NCBI GenBank assembly: GCA_963782055.1
Contig: CAWAIF010000003.1
Span: 4,672,001-4,736,000, forward strand
Direction of reading: 5' to 3'
From: an uncultured delta proteobacterium
Lineage (GTDB): Bacteria; Myxococcota_A; Polyangia; Polyangiales; Polyangiaceae
DNA: 64,000 nt
The notes beneath the pieces were generated by a model. The model saw only the letters and a program-made list of their open reading frames with translations. It ran no database searches and was not told where the DNA came from. A program made the translations under genes and the position numbers. Shown piece by piece: positions 38,725 through 47,128 of this stretch (within the stretch, counting starts at the first letter, position 1; each line of letters opens with the position of its first letter).

Positions 38725-40221
38725 ATGAGCGACGCAGACCCGCTCGGCTGGATCGGCTCGTCCCTCGAGTCGAAGTACCGCATCGAAAGCCTCGTCGGAG
38801 AAGGGGGCTTCGGCTGGGTCTACCGCGCCCGGCACGTCGCCTTCGGCAAGCCCGTCGCGGTCAAGTTCCTCAAGCCCGAGCTCGTCGCGGGGGGCGCGAA
38901 GCGCGAGCTGATCCTGCAGAAGTTCCTGGACGAGGGGCGGCTGCTGCACAATCTCTCCCGCGCGACCGCGGGCGTCGTGCAGGCGCTCGATCTCGGCGCG
39001 GCCGTCTCCCCGCGCGGCGAGTGGACACTCTTCATCGTGATGGAGTGGGTGGAGGGGCGCACCCTCGCCGCCGAGCTGAAGACGCGTCCGCGGCGCTCCG
39101 TTGCGGAGGCCGTCGCCGCGCTCGAGCCCGTCCTGGACGCCCTGGCGATCGCCCACGACATGGGCATCGCCCACCGCGATCTCAAGCCCTCCAACCTGAT
39201 GGTGGCGCGCATCGGCACCCGTCAGACCATCAAGGTGCTGGACTTCGGCATCGCCAAGATGATGGGAGGCGTGCGCGAGCCGTCGGGGGCGTTCACCAAC
39301 CCGGGCGACGCGCGGATGTTCTCCATCGCGTACGCGGCGCCGGAGCAGTTCGACCCGACGCTCGGCGGGTCGGGCCCGTGGACCGACGTCTACGCCTTGG
39401 CGTTGATCCTGATCGAGCTGGTCGACGGCGTCCGCCCCTATCGCGGCGAGAGCTTCGTCGAGTGCCGGGCCCAGGCGCTCGACCTGGAGCATCGGCCGGC
39501 GCTCGCGGAGGACCGGTCCATCGACGCCGTTCTCCGTCGCGCGCTCGCCGTCGATCCACGCAACCGGTATGCGTCGGCCGCGGAGCTCCGTGACGCTCTA
39601 CGCGCGGCGATGGCGCCCCCCACGGCGCGCCGTCGTGGGCCCAAGACCGAGGGGCCGCCCTCGCGTCGAGCACGGAGCGGGGCGCGCTGGCCGCTGGTTG
39701 GGCTGGCGATCGGGGCGGCCGTCGCAGGCACGTACCTCGTCATGCGCGTCGGGGGCCAGCCAGCACCCGGCGTAGACGCGGGCACGCTTCCCAACGCGCC
39801 GGCTGCCTCTACCACGCCGACCGAGGACGCGGTCCGTGCGGCGCTCTTCCGCTGGGACGACGCGGAGTCGCGCCACGACGTCCCTGCCCTCCTCGCGATG
39901 CACGCGGACCGCACCTGCTTCTACCGCTACTCCTGGGGCCGTGACGCCATCGGCCGCAAGCTCACCGGCCTCTACGCCGACGATCCCGCGTTCCGGCAGT
40001 CCGTCGACAGGAGCACGGTGACGGTCACACGGCGCGCCGCGGGTCGGGTGCGCGTGGACTTCGAGAAGGACTGGACCTCCCACGGCACGACCAGACGCAC
40101 GGCGTCCTATCTCGTCTTCGACGACAGGCTCCAGATCCTCGTCGAAGGCGACGAACGAACGGACGAGATGGTCCGCAAAACGGGGAAGGCTGGTGAGTGC
40201 CCGGGAGGCGATTCGTGGTGA
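38725..40221 (+). CDS. Membrane Ser/Thr kinase with NTF2/SnoaL-like extracytoplasmic domain
   Basis: GEGGFG, VAVK, HRDLKPSN, DFG, YAAPE; TM; C-terminal helix-beta domain. Confidence 0.88.
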   Translation: MSDADPLGWIGSSLESKYRIESLVGEGGFGWVYRARHVAFGKPVAVKFLKPELVAGGAKRELILQKFLDEGRLLHNLSRATAGVVQALDLGAAVSPRGEWTLFIVMEWVEGRTLAAELKTRPRRSVAEAVAALEPVLDALAIAHDMGIAHRDLKPSNLMVARIGTRQTIKVLDFGIAKMMGGVREPSGAFTNPGDARMFSIAYAAPEQFDPTLGGSGPWTDVYALALILIELVDGVRPYRGESFVECRAQALDLEHRPALAEDRSIDAVLRRALAVDPRNRYASAAELRDALRAAMAPPTARRRGPKTEGPPSRRARSGARWPLVGLAIGAAVAGTYLVMRVGGQPAPGVDAGTLPNAPAASTTPTEDAVRAALFRWDDAESRHDVPALLAMHADRTCFYRYSWGRDAIGRKLTGLYADDPAFRQSVDRSTVTVTRRAAGRVRVDFEKDWTSHGTTRRTASYLVFDDRLQILVEGDERTDEMVRKTGKAGECPGGDSW

Positions 40222-41531
40222 GCGGCAGCGTTCGCGTGCGTGTAGCATCGACGCGCATGCCGACGGATGTGCGCACGGAGGAGCAGACGGGGCCGATGCC
40301 GCCGGCGGAGACGTCGCGCGGGCGGGAGGCGCTGCTCGTCGTGTTCCCCACCTCCGTGGCACTCCCGGTGCCGCCGTCCGGCGAGGCGGTGGGGCGCGAC
40401 TGGCTGGCTCGCTTCCACGTGTCGGATCCGAAGAGCTCCCGCGACCACATCGTCCTGTCGCGCGCGGGGGGCGTGCTGCGAGTGGCGGACTGCGGATCGC
40501 GCAACGGGACGTGGGTCAACGGACAGCGGCTCGCGCCGAACGAACCCGTTGCGCTGGACGACGGCGCGGTGCTCCGGCTCGGGCGGACGCTGCTCGTGTA
40601 CAGGGAGGAGCTCTTCGGCCCGGACGCGGCGGAGCCGCCGCTCGGCGCGCTCGTCAGCCCCTTCGGGATGCGGGCGGTGCGCGTGGAGCTGGAGCGCATG
40701 CTGTCCCCTCGCCCGCCGACCAACGTGCTCATCGAGGGGGAGACGGGCACGGGCAAGGAGCTCGTGGCGGCCGCCATCGCCGAGCGCCTGGGGCGCGCCA
40801 AGCGCTTCGCCGCGGTGAACGTCGCGAGCATCCCCGCCGGCGTGTTCGACTCCCAGCTCTTCGGCTACGTCCCGGGAGCCTTCTCCGGCGGGGGCAAGGG
40901 CTCACGCGGCATCTTCCTCGCCCACGACGGTGGGGTGGTGTTCCTCGACGAGATCGGAGAACTCCCCCTCGACCTGCAGCCGAAGCTTCTCCGCCTGCTC
41001 GACAACCGCGAGGTCTTCCAGGTGGGCGCCACGGAGCCCAAGAAGGTGGACCTGGTCGTCGTCGCCGCCACGAATCGTCCGCTCGCGGAGATGGTCGACC
41101 AGGGCACCTTCCGCAGGGACCTGCTGGCCCGCCTGAGCGCGGCGCGGGTGGAGCTGCCCCCGCTGCGCGAGCGGCCGGAGGACATCCTCGCGATCATTCT
41201 GGCGGAGTCGGCGAAGCGGGGCACGCCGCTCGAGCCTGGTGCCGTGGAAGTGGAGGCCGTGGAGCGACTGATGCTCCATGCGTGGCCCGCGAACGTGCGG
41301 GAGCTCATCTCCGTGCTGCACCGCGTGGCGGCAATCGATGCGCCGACTGCTCTGCGGGCCTGGGCGGTGGACCGGGTGCTCGGGCCGCGGCCGCAGGTGG
41401 CCGGTGTGCTGACGCGCGCGGCGGTGGAGCAGGCGCTGGCGAGGACCCGGGGGAACGAGAGCGCGGCGGCGAGAGTGCTCGGGGTGACGCGGGGGAAGTT
41501 GAGGAGGCTTCTGACTCGAACGCGAGGGTGA
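40218..41531 (+). CDS. FHA-domain sigma54-dependent enhancer-binding protein (start may be 40257)
   Basis: FHA motifs GR..SRDH..D.GSRNGT.VNG; GETGTGKE, GAFSG, FLDEIGE, WPANVREL, Fis HTH. Confidence 0.88.
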   Translation: MSGSVRVRVASTRMPTDVRTEEQTGPMPPAETSRGREALLVVFPTSVALPVPPSGEAVGRDWLARFHVSDPKSSRDHIVLSRAGGVLRVADCGSRNGTWVNGQRLAPNEPVALDDGAVLRLGRTLLVYREELFGPDAAEPPLGALVSPFGMRAVRVELERMLSPRPPTNVLIEGETGTGKELVAAAIAERLGRAKRFAAVNVASIPAGVFDSQLFGYVPGAFSGGGKGSRGIFLAHDGGVVFLDEIGELPLDLQPKLLRLLDNREVFQVGATEPKKVDLVVVAATNRPLAEMVDQGTFRRDLLARLSAARVELPPLRERPEDILAIILAESAKRGTPLEPGAVEVEAVERLMLHAWPANVRELISVLHRVAAIDAPTALRAWAVDRVLGPRPQVAGVLTRAAVEQALARTRGNESAAARVLGVTRGKLRRLLTRTRG

Positions 41532-41830
41532 GGGTTGGGGCTGTCGTCCCTGGAGTATACTCGTGGTCGTGTTCCCCAAGGCTAGCACCACGGTGTGCGG
41601 GAACAGGCTGCGTTCGCGAGACCGGCGTCTCGTAAACGCTAGCCCCACTGAACGCGTCGTAGGACCGATCGGTCGACGTCTGCGGAGAAACCGCCGGGAG
41701 GCTCGCGGGGCATGCCGTGCTCGCGAGGGCGCCGTCGGCGGGAAGTCGCCTGTGACGCGGGCTGTCGTAATAGTGTCGTGGCATGACCGGCTCTGGAGAG
41801 CGAGGTTCAAAGCGCAGGAGGAACCCGCGC

Positions 41831-42451
41831 ATGAACGCCGTGCTCGCCAAGAACGTGAAGACCATCCGGGACATGAAGCACTGGACCCAGCAGCATCTCG
41901 CCGACACCGCCGGCATCCAGCTACGCACGGTGCAGCGCGTGGAGAAGGGGGACGGGGCCAGCCTCGAGACCCTCGGCGCTCTCGCCAACGCGTTCGACGT
42001 CTCCATCGACGTCTTGCAGACCGACGTGGACGCCGTGATGGAGCAGCTGCGGCGGGCAGAGGAGGAACTCAGGCGGACCCACTACCTGGTCGACGTAACG
42101 CCGGTGACGTGCTCCGCGCATCTCGAGGCGGTGGGCGGCTCAGACGCCTACTTCACGCACTGCGCCTGCGAGGACGACGCTGCCCGGGACGCCTTCGCGG
42201 CTCTCGCCGCCAACCTGAAGGACATGGGCGAGATCTGGGACGACGTGGAGCCCACGCATCACCGCGAGTGGGTGAAGGAGGCGTACGAGCAGGTCGAGGC
42301 GCTCAACCTCGTTGGCGTAGTCGTCTCGGTGGGGAAAGGGAACCGCACCCTGAAGGCGGGCGCCGGGACCATCGAGTTCCGGACGCTCTACGTGATCGCT
42401 TGGCCGAAGGGCCAGGAGAAGAACGTCATCGCCGTCGAAAAGGCCCTGTAG
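41831..42451 (+). CDS. XRE family helix-turn-helix protein
   Basis: GGAGG upstream; WTQQHLADTAGIQLRTVQRVEKG...TL..LA.AFDV. Confidence 0.82.
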   Translation: MNAVLAKNVKTIRDMKHWTQQHLADTAGIQLRTVQRVEKGDGASLETLGALANAFDVSIDVLQTDVDAVMEQLRRAEEELRRTHYLVDVTPVTCSAHLEAVGGSDAYFTHCACEDDAARDAFAALAANLKDMGEIWDDVEPTHHREWVKEAYEQVEALNLVGVVVSVGKGNRTLKAGAGTIEFRTLYVIAWPKGQEKNVIAVEKAL

Positions 42452-42876
42452 AATGGTGACCCTCGCAGCTGCCGGCACGCATCCTCGGAGCGCCCATGTC
42501 GAAGTACAATTTCTCGTATGCAGAGCGGTACGGCGTATGGGTCGCGTTCCACGGCCAGTGCTACTGGTGCGGTCGCCCGCTCGAGCTTCAAGAGACGACG
42601 GTGGACCACGTGCTGCCGGAGAGCCTCGAGGTGAAGCCGGACGACCTGAAGGGGCTTCTCGACTATCTCGGGCTGAAAGACTTCGGCCTGAACACGTTCC
42701 GAAATTGGGTGCCCGCGCACGGCAAGTGCAACGGCAGGAAGAGCGACCTTCTGCTTCCTGCGGCTCCGGTGACAACCGTTACCCTAGTGGGTATCGCCAA
42801 GCGCGCAGCGCTTGCCGAGGAGACATGCAAGGAGGTCCTCGCCAACCAGAAGCGGGACAAGTTGCTCGGCAAGATC

Positions 42877-44434
42877 GGCTCTTCGGCCGAATCGGGGCCG
42901 CACGGCGAGGCGACGCGTGCATAATGCAACAAACGGCTCACGCGGCCTCCTGCCCAGGCGCAGGCAGCCCGAGCGCGAGGAAGCGCAGGACGCCTTGTCG
43001 ATTGCGGACGGGGTTGGCGGTGAGGAATCGCAGTTTGCGTAGAAGGTAATCATGGTTTCGATAGCCTCTGCCGCGACGGACGAGCGTCTCCCAGTTGCCG
43101 TTGAGCGCTTCGATGCGACCCGTCGGGGGGTGATGTTCGCCGAGAGCGACGATGGAGTCGTAGTGCCTGCGGAGCGAGTCGTGGAGCTTGCGCATGGGGA
43201 CATTCGTTCGCTTTTCGGTGCGGTAGAGCACGTGCTGGAGCCCGGTCTCCATGGCGTCCTTGTCGGGCGCTTTGAGCACTTCGCGCAGCTCCTCGACCAC
43301 CTGATAGGCGCGCGCGAGCTTGCCGTTGAACGAGAAGAGCCGACGAAGGCGAAGCTTGTCCGCCGCGCTCGTGCGATCCCAGGCGCGCAGCACGAGCCAG
43401 CGCGTACCGCGTCCGACCTCGCGCAGCTCGAGGCTCGCGCGGAAGAAGATGCTGCGACGCAGCTCGGTGATCGCCTCGCCAGCGCGCTTCGTGACGTGAA
43501 ACGGATCGTGGACGACGGGCGCGTGCGCGAGCGACGGGTCGGCGCGGATCGCGGCGGCGAACGGCGCGTGCATGTCGGTCGCGAAGAGACGGAGCGCCGC
43601 CTTTTGTTCGGGCGAAAGCGACGCAATCCACTGCGCGAGCGTGGCCTCGCCGCGCCCGTAGCCGATCCAGACGGGCTCGCCGCTCTCGAGGTCGCTGACG
43701 ATGGTGACGAACTTGTCGGCGCGCTTGTGGCGACGACCAAGCCACTTCTCGTCGACGCCGACCTGAACCAGCGGCTTCGACGGCCGCGAACCCTCCCAGC
43801 GCGCGAGCGCGTCGGCCTCGGCGCGCCGCACCGTGCGCCAGCTCAGCGCGTACTTCGTCGCGACGTGCGAGAGCGGCATCGAGTAGGCGTCGAGCGCGAG
43901 GTGATGTTGAAGCCGCCTGGTCTGACGCTGCTTCGGCTCCGCCCACGGGACCTTCTCGGTCGCGTGCGCCCCGCACCGCGGACACTTCACGCGAACGGGC
44001 GTGTACTCGAGGCGCACGCGATGCCCAGCCCACGGCAGATCTTCCCACCGCCGCGTCTTGCGATGCTCGTGGGTGCGGCCCGAAACGATCGTCAAGCACT
44101 GCCCGCACCGCGGCCGCCATCGGCGCACGAGCACGAGCACGAGCACGGCGCCGGCGGGCACGTCGAAGCCCACGATCGGCTCGATGCGCTCGCCCTGCCG
44201 TGTCTCCCACCTCGTGTCCTGCACGTTGAACCCTCGAAACCCGACAATCTGTGTGAGAATCTGTCCTCGCTGACCCATCGCGGCGTCCTCCCGGTTGTTT
44301 TCACCTCCAAGAGATCGCCACGGCAATTCGGCCGCGTCGATGGGTCAGCTCTCTTTCCTACGCGAGGCCTGAAATGCCGCCCCTTTCACGCCGCCGCTTC
44401 GCCGGCACGCCAGCCCCCATTTGGCCGAAGAGCC
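42877..44434 (-). mobile_element. ISL3 family insertion sequence (1558 bp)
   Basis: Terminal IRs GGCTCTTCGGCCGAATCGGGG and GGCTCTTCGGCCAAATGGGGG (19/21); 8-bp TSD GCAAGATC at 42869-42876 and 44435-44442. Confidence 0.93.
42938..44278 (-). CDS. ISL3 transposase
   Basis: Zinc finger CGQC...CPRCG, GVDE, TDMHAPF, DPFHV, IEALN, RRGRGYRN. Confidence 0.92.
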   Translation of the reverse strand: MGQRGQILTQIVGFRGFNVQDTRWETRQGERIEPIVGFDVPAGAVLVLVLVRRWRPRCGQCLTIVSGRTHEHRKTRRWEDLPWAGHRVRLEYTPVRVKCPRCGAHATEKVPWAEPKQRQTRRLQHHLALDAYSMPLSHVATKYALSWRTVRRAEADALARWEGSRPSKPLVQVGVDEKWLGRRHKRADKFVTIVSDLESGEPVWIGYGRGEATLAQWIASLSPEQKAALRLFATDMHAPFAAAIRADPSLAHAPVVHDPFHVTKRAGEAITELRRSIFFRASLELREVGRGTRWLVLRAWDRTSAADKLRLRRLFSFNGKLARAYQVVEELREVLKAPDKDAMETGLQHVLYRTEKRTNVPMRKLHDSLRRHYDSIVALGEHHPPTGRIEALNGNWETLVRRGRGYRNHDYLLRKLRFLTANPVRNRQGVLRFLALGLPAPGQEAA

Positions 44435-44758
44435 GCAAGATCATGGTAGCCGTCGAGAAGGGGACGGTGACGCGGGAGGACATCGACGCGTTGTTCGAGG
44501 ATGTCCCAGTGCCGCCGCCGGTCGTGGGGAAGGACGATATTGAGCTGCTTGTTGCCCCTGGTTGGACGCTCAGTCGACGTGAGGGGAACCTGGCAATCAT
44601 CGAGTCGGGAGGACGTGTCGGAATGACGTGGGGGAAGCCGAACCCGGACTCCTCATGGATTTGCCCGCACTGCAGCAACGCCGGTCCCTGGGATGGCGTG
44701 ATTTGTCTCTCGTGCGGCCAGAAGAGCGACCCCAACGACTAATCTGAAAGACGCGTTA

Positions 44759-45550
44759 GTGTTTCTCGCTCTCGACACGACCGGCCGCCGCGTGCCTCCC
44801 ACAAAGGGAGCTGCCGGCACGTGTCCTCGATGTCTCTGTCCTGTTCACGCCAAGTGCGGCGAGACCAAGATTCATCACTGGGCACACGAGAAGGGGAAGA
44901 ACGACTGCGACCCCTGGGCTGAGAGCGAAACACAGTGGCATCGTGACTGGCAGTCGCGCGCGGACCCGGAGTGGTGCGAGATTGTCATGGGCGAGCTGCG
45001 TGAGCATCGTGCAGACATCCGCCGACCGGATGACGGGTTGGTCATCGAGCTGCAGCACTCGTACATCAAGCAGGAGGACGTCCGCGAGCGCGAGGCCTTC
45101 TACGGGAACATGTGGTGGGTGTTCAACACGGAGCCCTGGAGGTTCCGCGCGGAGGTGACGCCGGCCGGCGGGGCGAAGTTCCGCTGGATGTCGCGTCGTC
45201 GCACGCTCGATGCTGCGAGCCGGCCCATCTACCTCGACCTGGGCGGACCGCTGCTCCGCATTACCGGCTACGGACCGCAAGGCTGCCTCAGTGGCACGGG
45301 CGAACTGGTCTCTCGGGCAGAGTTCATCAAGCGCGCCGGTCTGCGCCCGCTCTCTGAGGAGGAGCTGCGTCAGACGAGCCACTACAGCGTGTTGCAGAGC
45401 GACGGCGATCTGCTCCTCGTGCGTTCACTCGAGGACGTACGAACCTGGGAGTCGCAAGACGGAACAGCAACGCACCACGACCTCGCGGGCCGAACCGGTG
45501 TGGTTCGGATTCCGGAGATCCCTCTGGTGCCGTTGCAGCGGCGCTCGTAG
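44759..45550 (+). CDS. CoiA-like nuclease family protein
   Basis: CPRC..V.AKCG....HHWAH, CDPW.E.ET.WH..W, HRADI, VIELQHS. Confidence 0.8.
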   Translation: MFLALDTTGRRVPPTKGAAGTCPRCLCPVHAKCGETKIHHWAHEKGKNDCDPWAESETQWHRDWQSRADPEWCEIVMGELREHRADIRRPDDGLVIELQHSYIKQEDVREREAFYGNMWWVFNTEPWRFRAEVTPAGGAKFRWMSRRRTLDAASRPIYLDLGGPLLRITGYGPQGCLSGTGELVSRAEFIKRAGLRPLSEEELRQTSHYSVLQSDGDLLLVRSLEDVRTWESQDGTATHHDLAGRTGVVRIPEIPLVPLQRRS

Positions 45551-45914
45551 ACGGAGGAGCGTCACGCCCGCGCGAGCCGTGCTCCGAGCGGGTGCTTGAT
45601 GTCGTGGTACGGCCCGCGCATCGCCCCCGCGCTTTGAACCTACGACCCGCCGCGCCCTCCGCACCTCCGTCTCGACGCCATGTCCGCCGCCTCCTCCACC
45701 TCCCGCAGCCTGGCCTCGATGATCCGCACCGCCTCCCACTCCTCCGCCAGGATCGCCGCGTCCAGCTTCCGCTTCAGCGACTCCACCGTCACTGCACCGG
45801 GATTGGGCAGCGAACGGGCAGCGGGCGTCTCCAAACGTTTCCCTTCGTCTCCGTCCGGATCCTCTTCCCCGCAGATTTCCCAATCCGCCGCATTCCCCGC
45901 CCCCTGCCCCGGCC

Positions 45915-45961
45915 TTTCGTAAACCGTAGGTCTCGAGTTCAAATCTCGAAGGCGGCTCCGC
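45915..45961 (+). repeat. attR: duplicated 3' half of tRNA-Thr
   Basis: Identical to 35949-35995. Confidence 0.93.
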
Positions 45962-45967
45962 TCCCCC

Positions 45968-46966
45968 TCACCGCCCGAGCGCGCGCCACGCCAGGGGCCG
46001 GGTGAAATCACTCCACTCGCCGCGCGTCTCCTCTGCTTCCTCGACGTCGGGTGTCATCGCGGCGTCCGCGGTCACGCGCACCTGACTGGCCGCCGGCCGC
46101 CCCGCCGGAGCCTGCGCGCGCGCCATCGCGGCGAGCGCGTGCCGACCCAGCTGCAGCACCTCCGGCGAGGGCGTGTCGCCCGCCGCGAGCAGCTCGGTGA
46201 GCTGCCGGATCAGGTGCTGGCCGTCGGCGGCGTTGGCGAGCGCGCGCTCCGCCTGCTCGTCGACGACCGGCGAGCGCACGGGCGCGACGGCGTGCTCGTA
46301 GAGGAGGCGGACCACGTCGGCCACCAGCGCGAGCTGATCCCGCATCACCGCCAGCTCGTCGTGAGATCGATCCCAGCGGGCGGCGCGCAGACGCAGCACC
46401 TCCAGCCGCCGCGCCGCGAGCGCGCGGGCCGCCTCGCTGGAGCGCGTGGCGCTCCCCTCCGCGAGCGAGCACATCTCGAGCTCCAGCGCGCCGCGGTCCA
46501 TCCCCGCCAGGCACGCGACGGCCGACGCGTAGGCCACCGCGCCGCCCACGTACGTGGCCAGCAGCCGGCTGACGCCCAGGTAGTCGGCCGTGCCGGGATC
46601 GTCCGCCACGGGAGAGAGGCGCACGCTCAGGGAGTCGGCCAGCACCTCCAGGCGCTGCAGCTCCTCCCGGTGCCCCGCCGTCATCCGGAGCAGAAGGCGC
46701 TCGCGCGTCCTGCTCGCCGCGATCGCCTCGTCCGCCGCCTCCTTGCGCATGACCGCCTCGCGAAACGCCGACGTCTGCGGGAGCACGCCGAGCAGCGCCA
46801 CCTCCATGGCGACGAAGGCGACGAGCATGAGCGGAGACCACCCCAGCACGAGCGCGAAGGGCATGCAAACGAGGGTGGCGACGTGCGCAGGGTGCGCGAT
46901 CGCGTGCCGCAGGTACCGCGCCCTCGGGCGGGATACCCGTGCGCGAGCTCGCACGCGAGGGTTCAT
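45968..46966 (-). CDS. Hypothetical membrane protein with coiled-coil region
   Basis: Two N-terminal hydrophobic segments then a helical domain; possible sigma54 motif GGGCACGCCGGCTGCA at 46979-46994. Confidence 0.65.
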   Translation of the reverse strand: MNPRVRARARVSRPRARYLRHAIAHPAHVATLVCMPFALVLGWSPLMLVAFVAMEVALLGVLPQTSAFREAVMRKEAADEAIAASRTRERLLLRMTAGHREELQRLEVLADSLSVRLSPVADDPGTADYLGVSRLLATYVGGAVAYASAVACLAGMDRGALELEMCSLAEGSATRSSEAARALAARRLEVLRLRAARWDRSHDELAVMRDQLALVADVVRLLYEHAVAPVRSPVVDEQAERALANAADGQHLIRQLTELLAAGDTPSPEVLQLGRHALAAMARAQAPAGRPAASQVRVTADAAMTPDVEEAEETRGEWSDFTRPLAWRALGR

Positions 46967-47128
46967 GGGCATCGACGATGCAGCCGGCGTGCCCGCGCCG
47001 GCGCACGATCTGCCGCCGCCCGGCGCTCACCCGCGGGCGGCACCCAGGCTGGCCCTGCGCTCGAAGGGCGTGAGGCCGGTCCATCGCTCGCTGGCGCCCT
47101 GTCCCGCCGGCCTCCGGCTCGCGGTGAC

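Larger units (their letters stand above)
42496..44742 (+). pseudogene. HNH endonuclease with C-terminal zinc ribbon, interrupted by ISL3 (segments 42496-42876 and 44443-44742)
   Basis: CYWCG, VDHVLP, NWVPAHGKCN..K; removing the IS and one TSD copy restores one frame (LLGKI-MVAVEK); tail WICPHC...CLSC. Confidence 0.85.

Noticed and set aside
45915..45961. Second tRNA-Thr gene
   Set aside because: Only the 3' half is present (no 5' acceptor strand or D-arm); it is the attR duplication.
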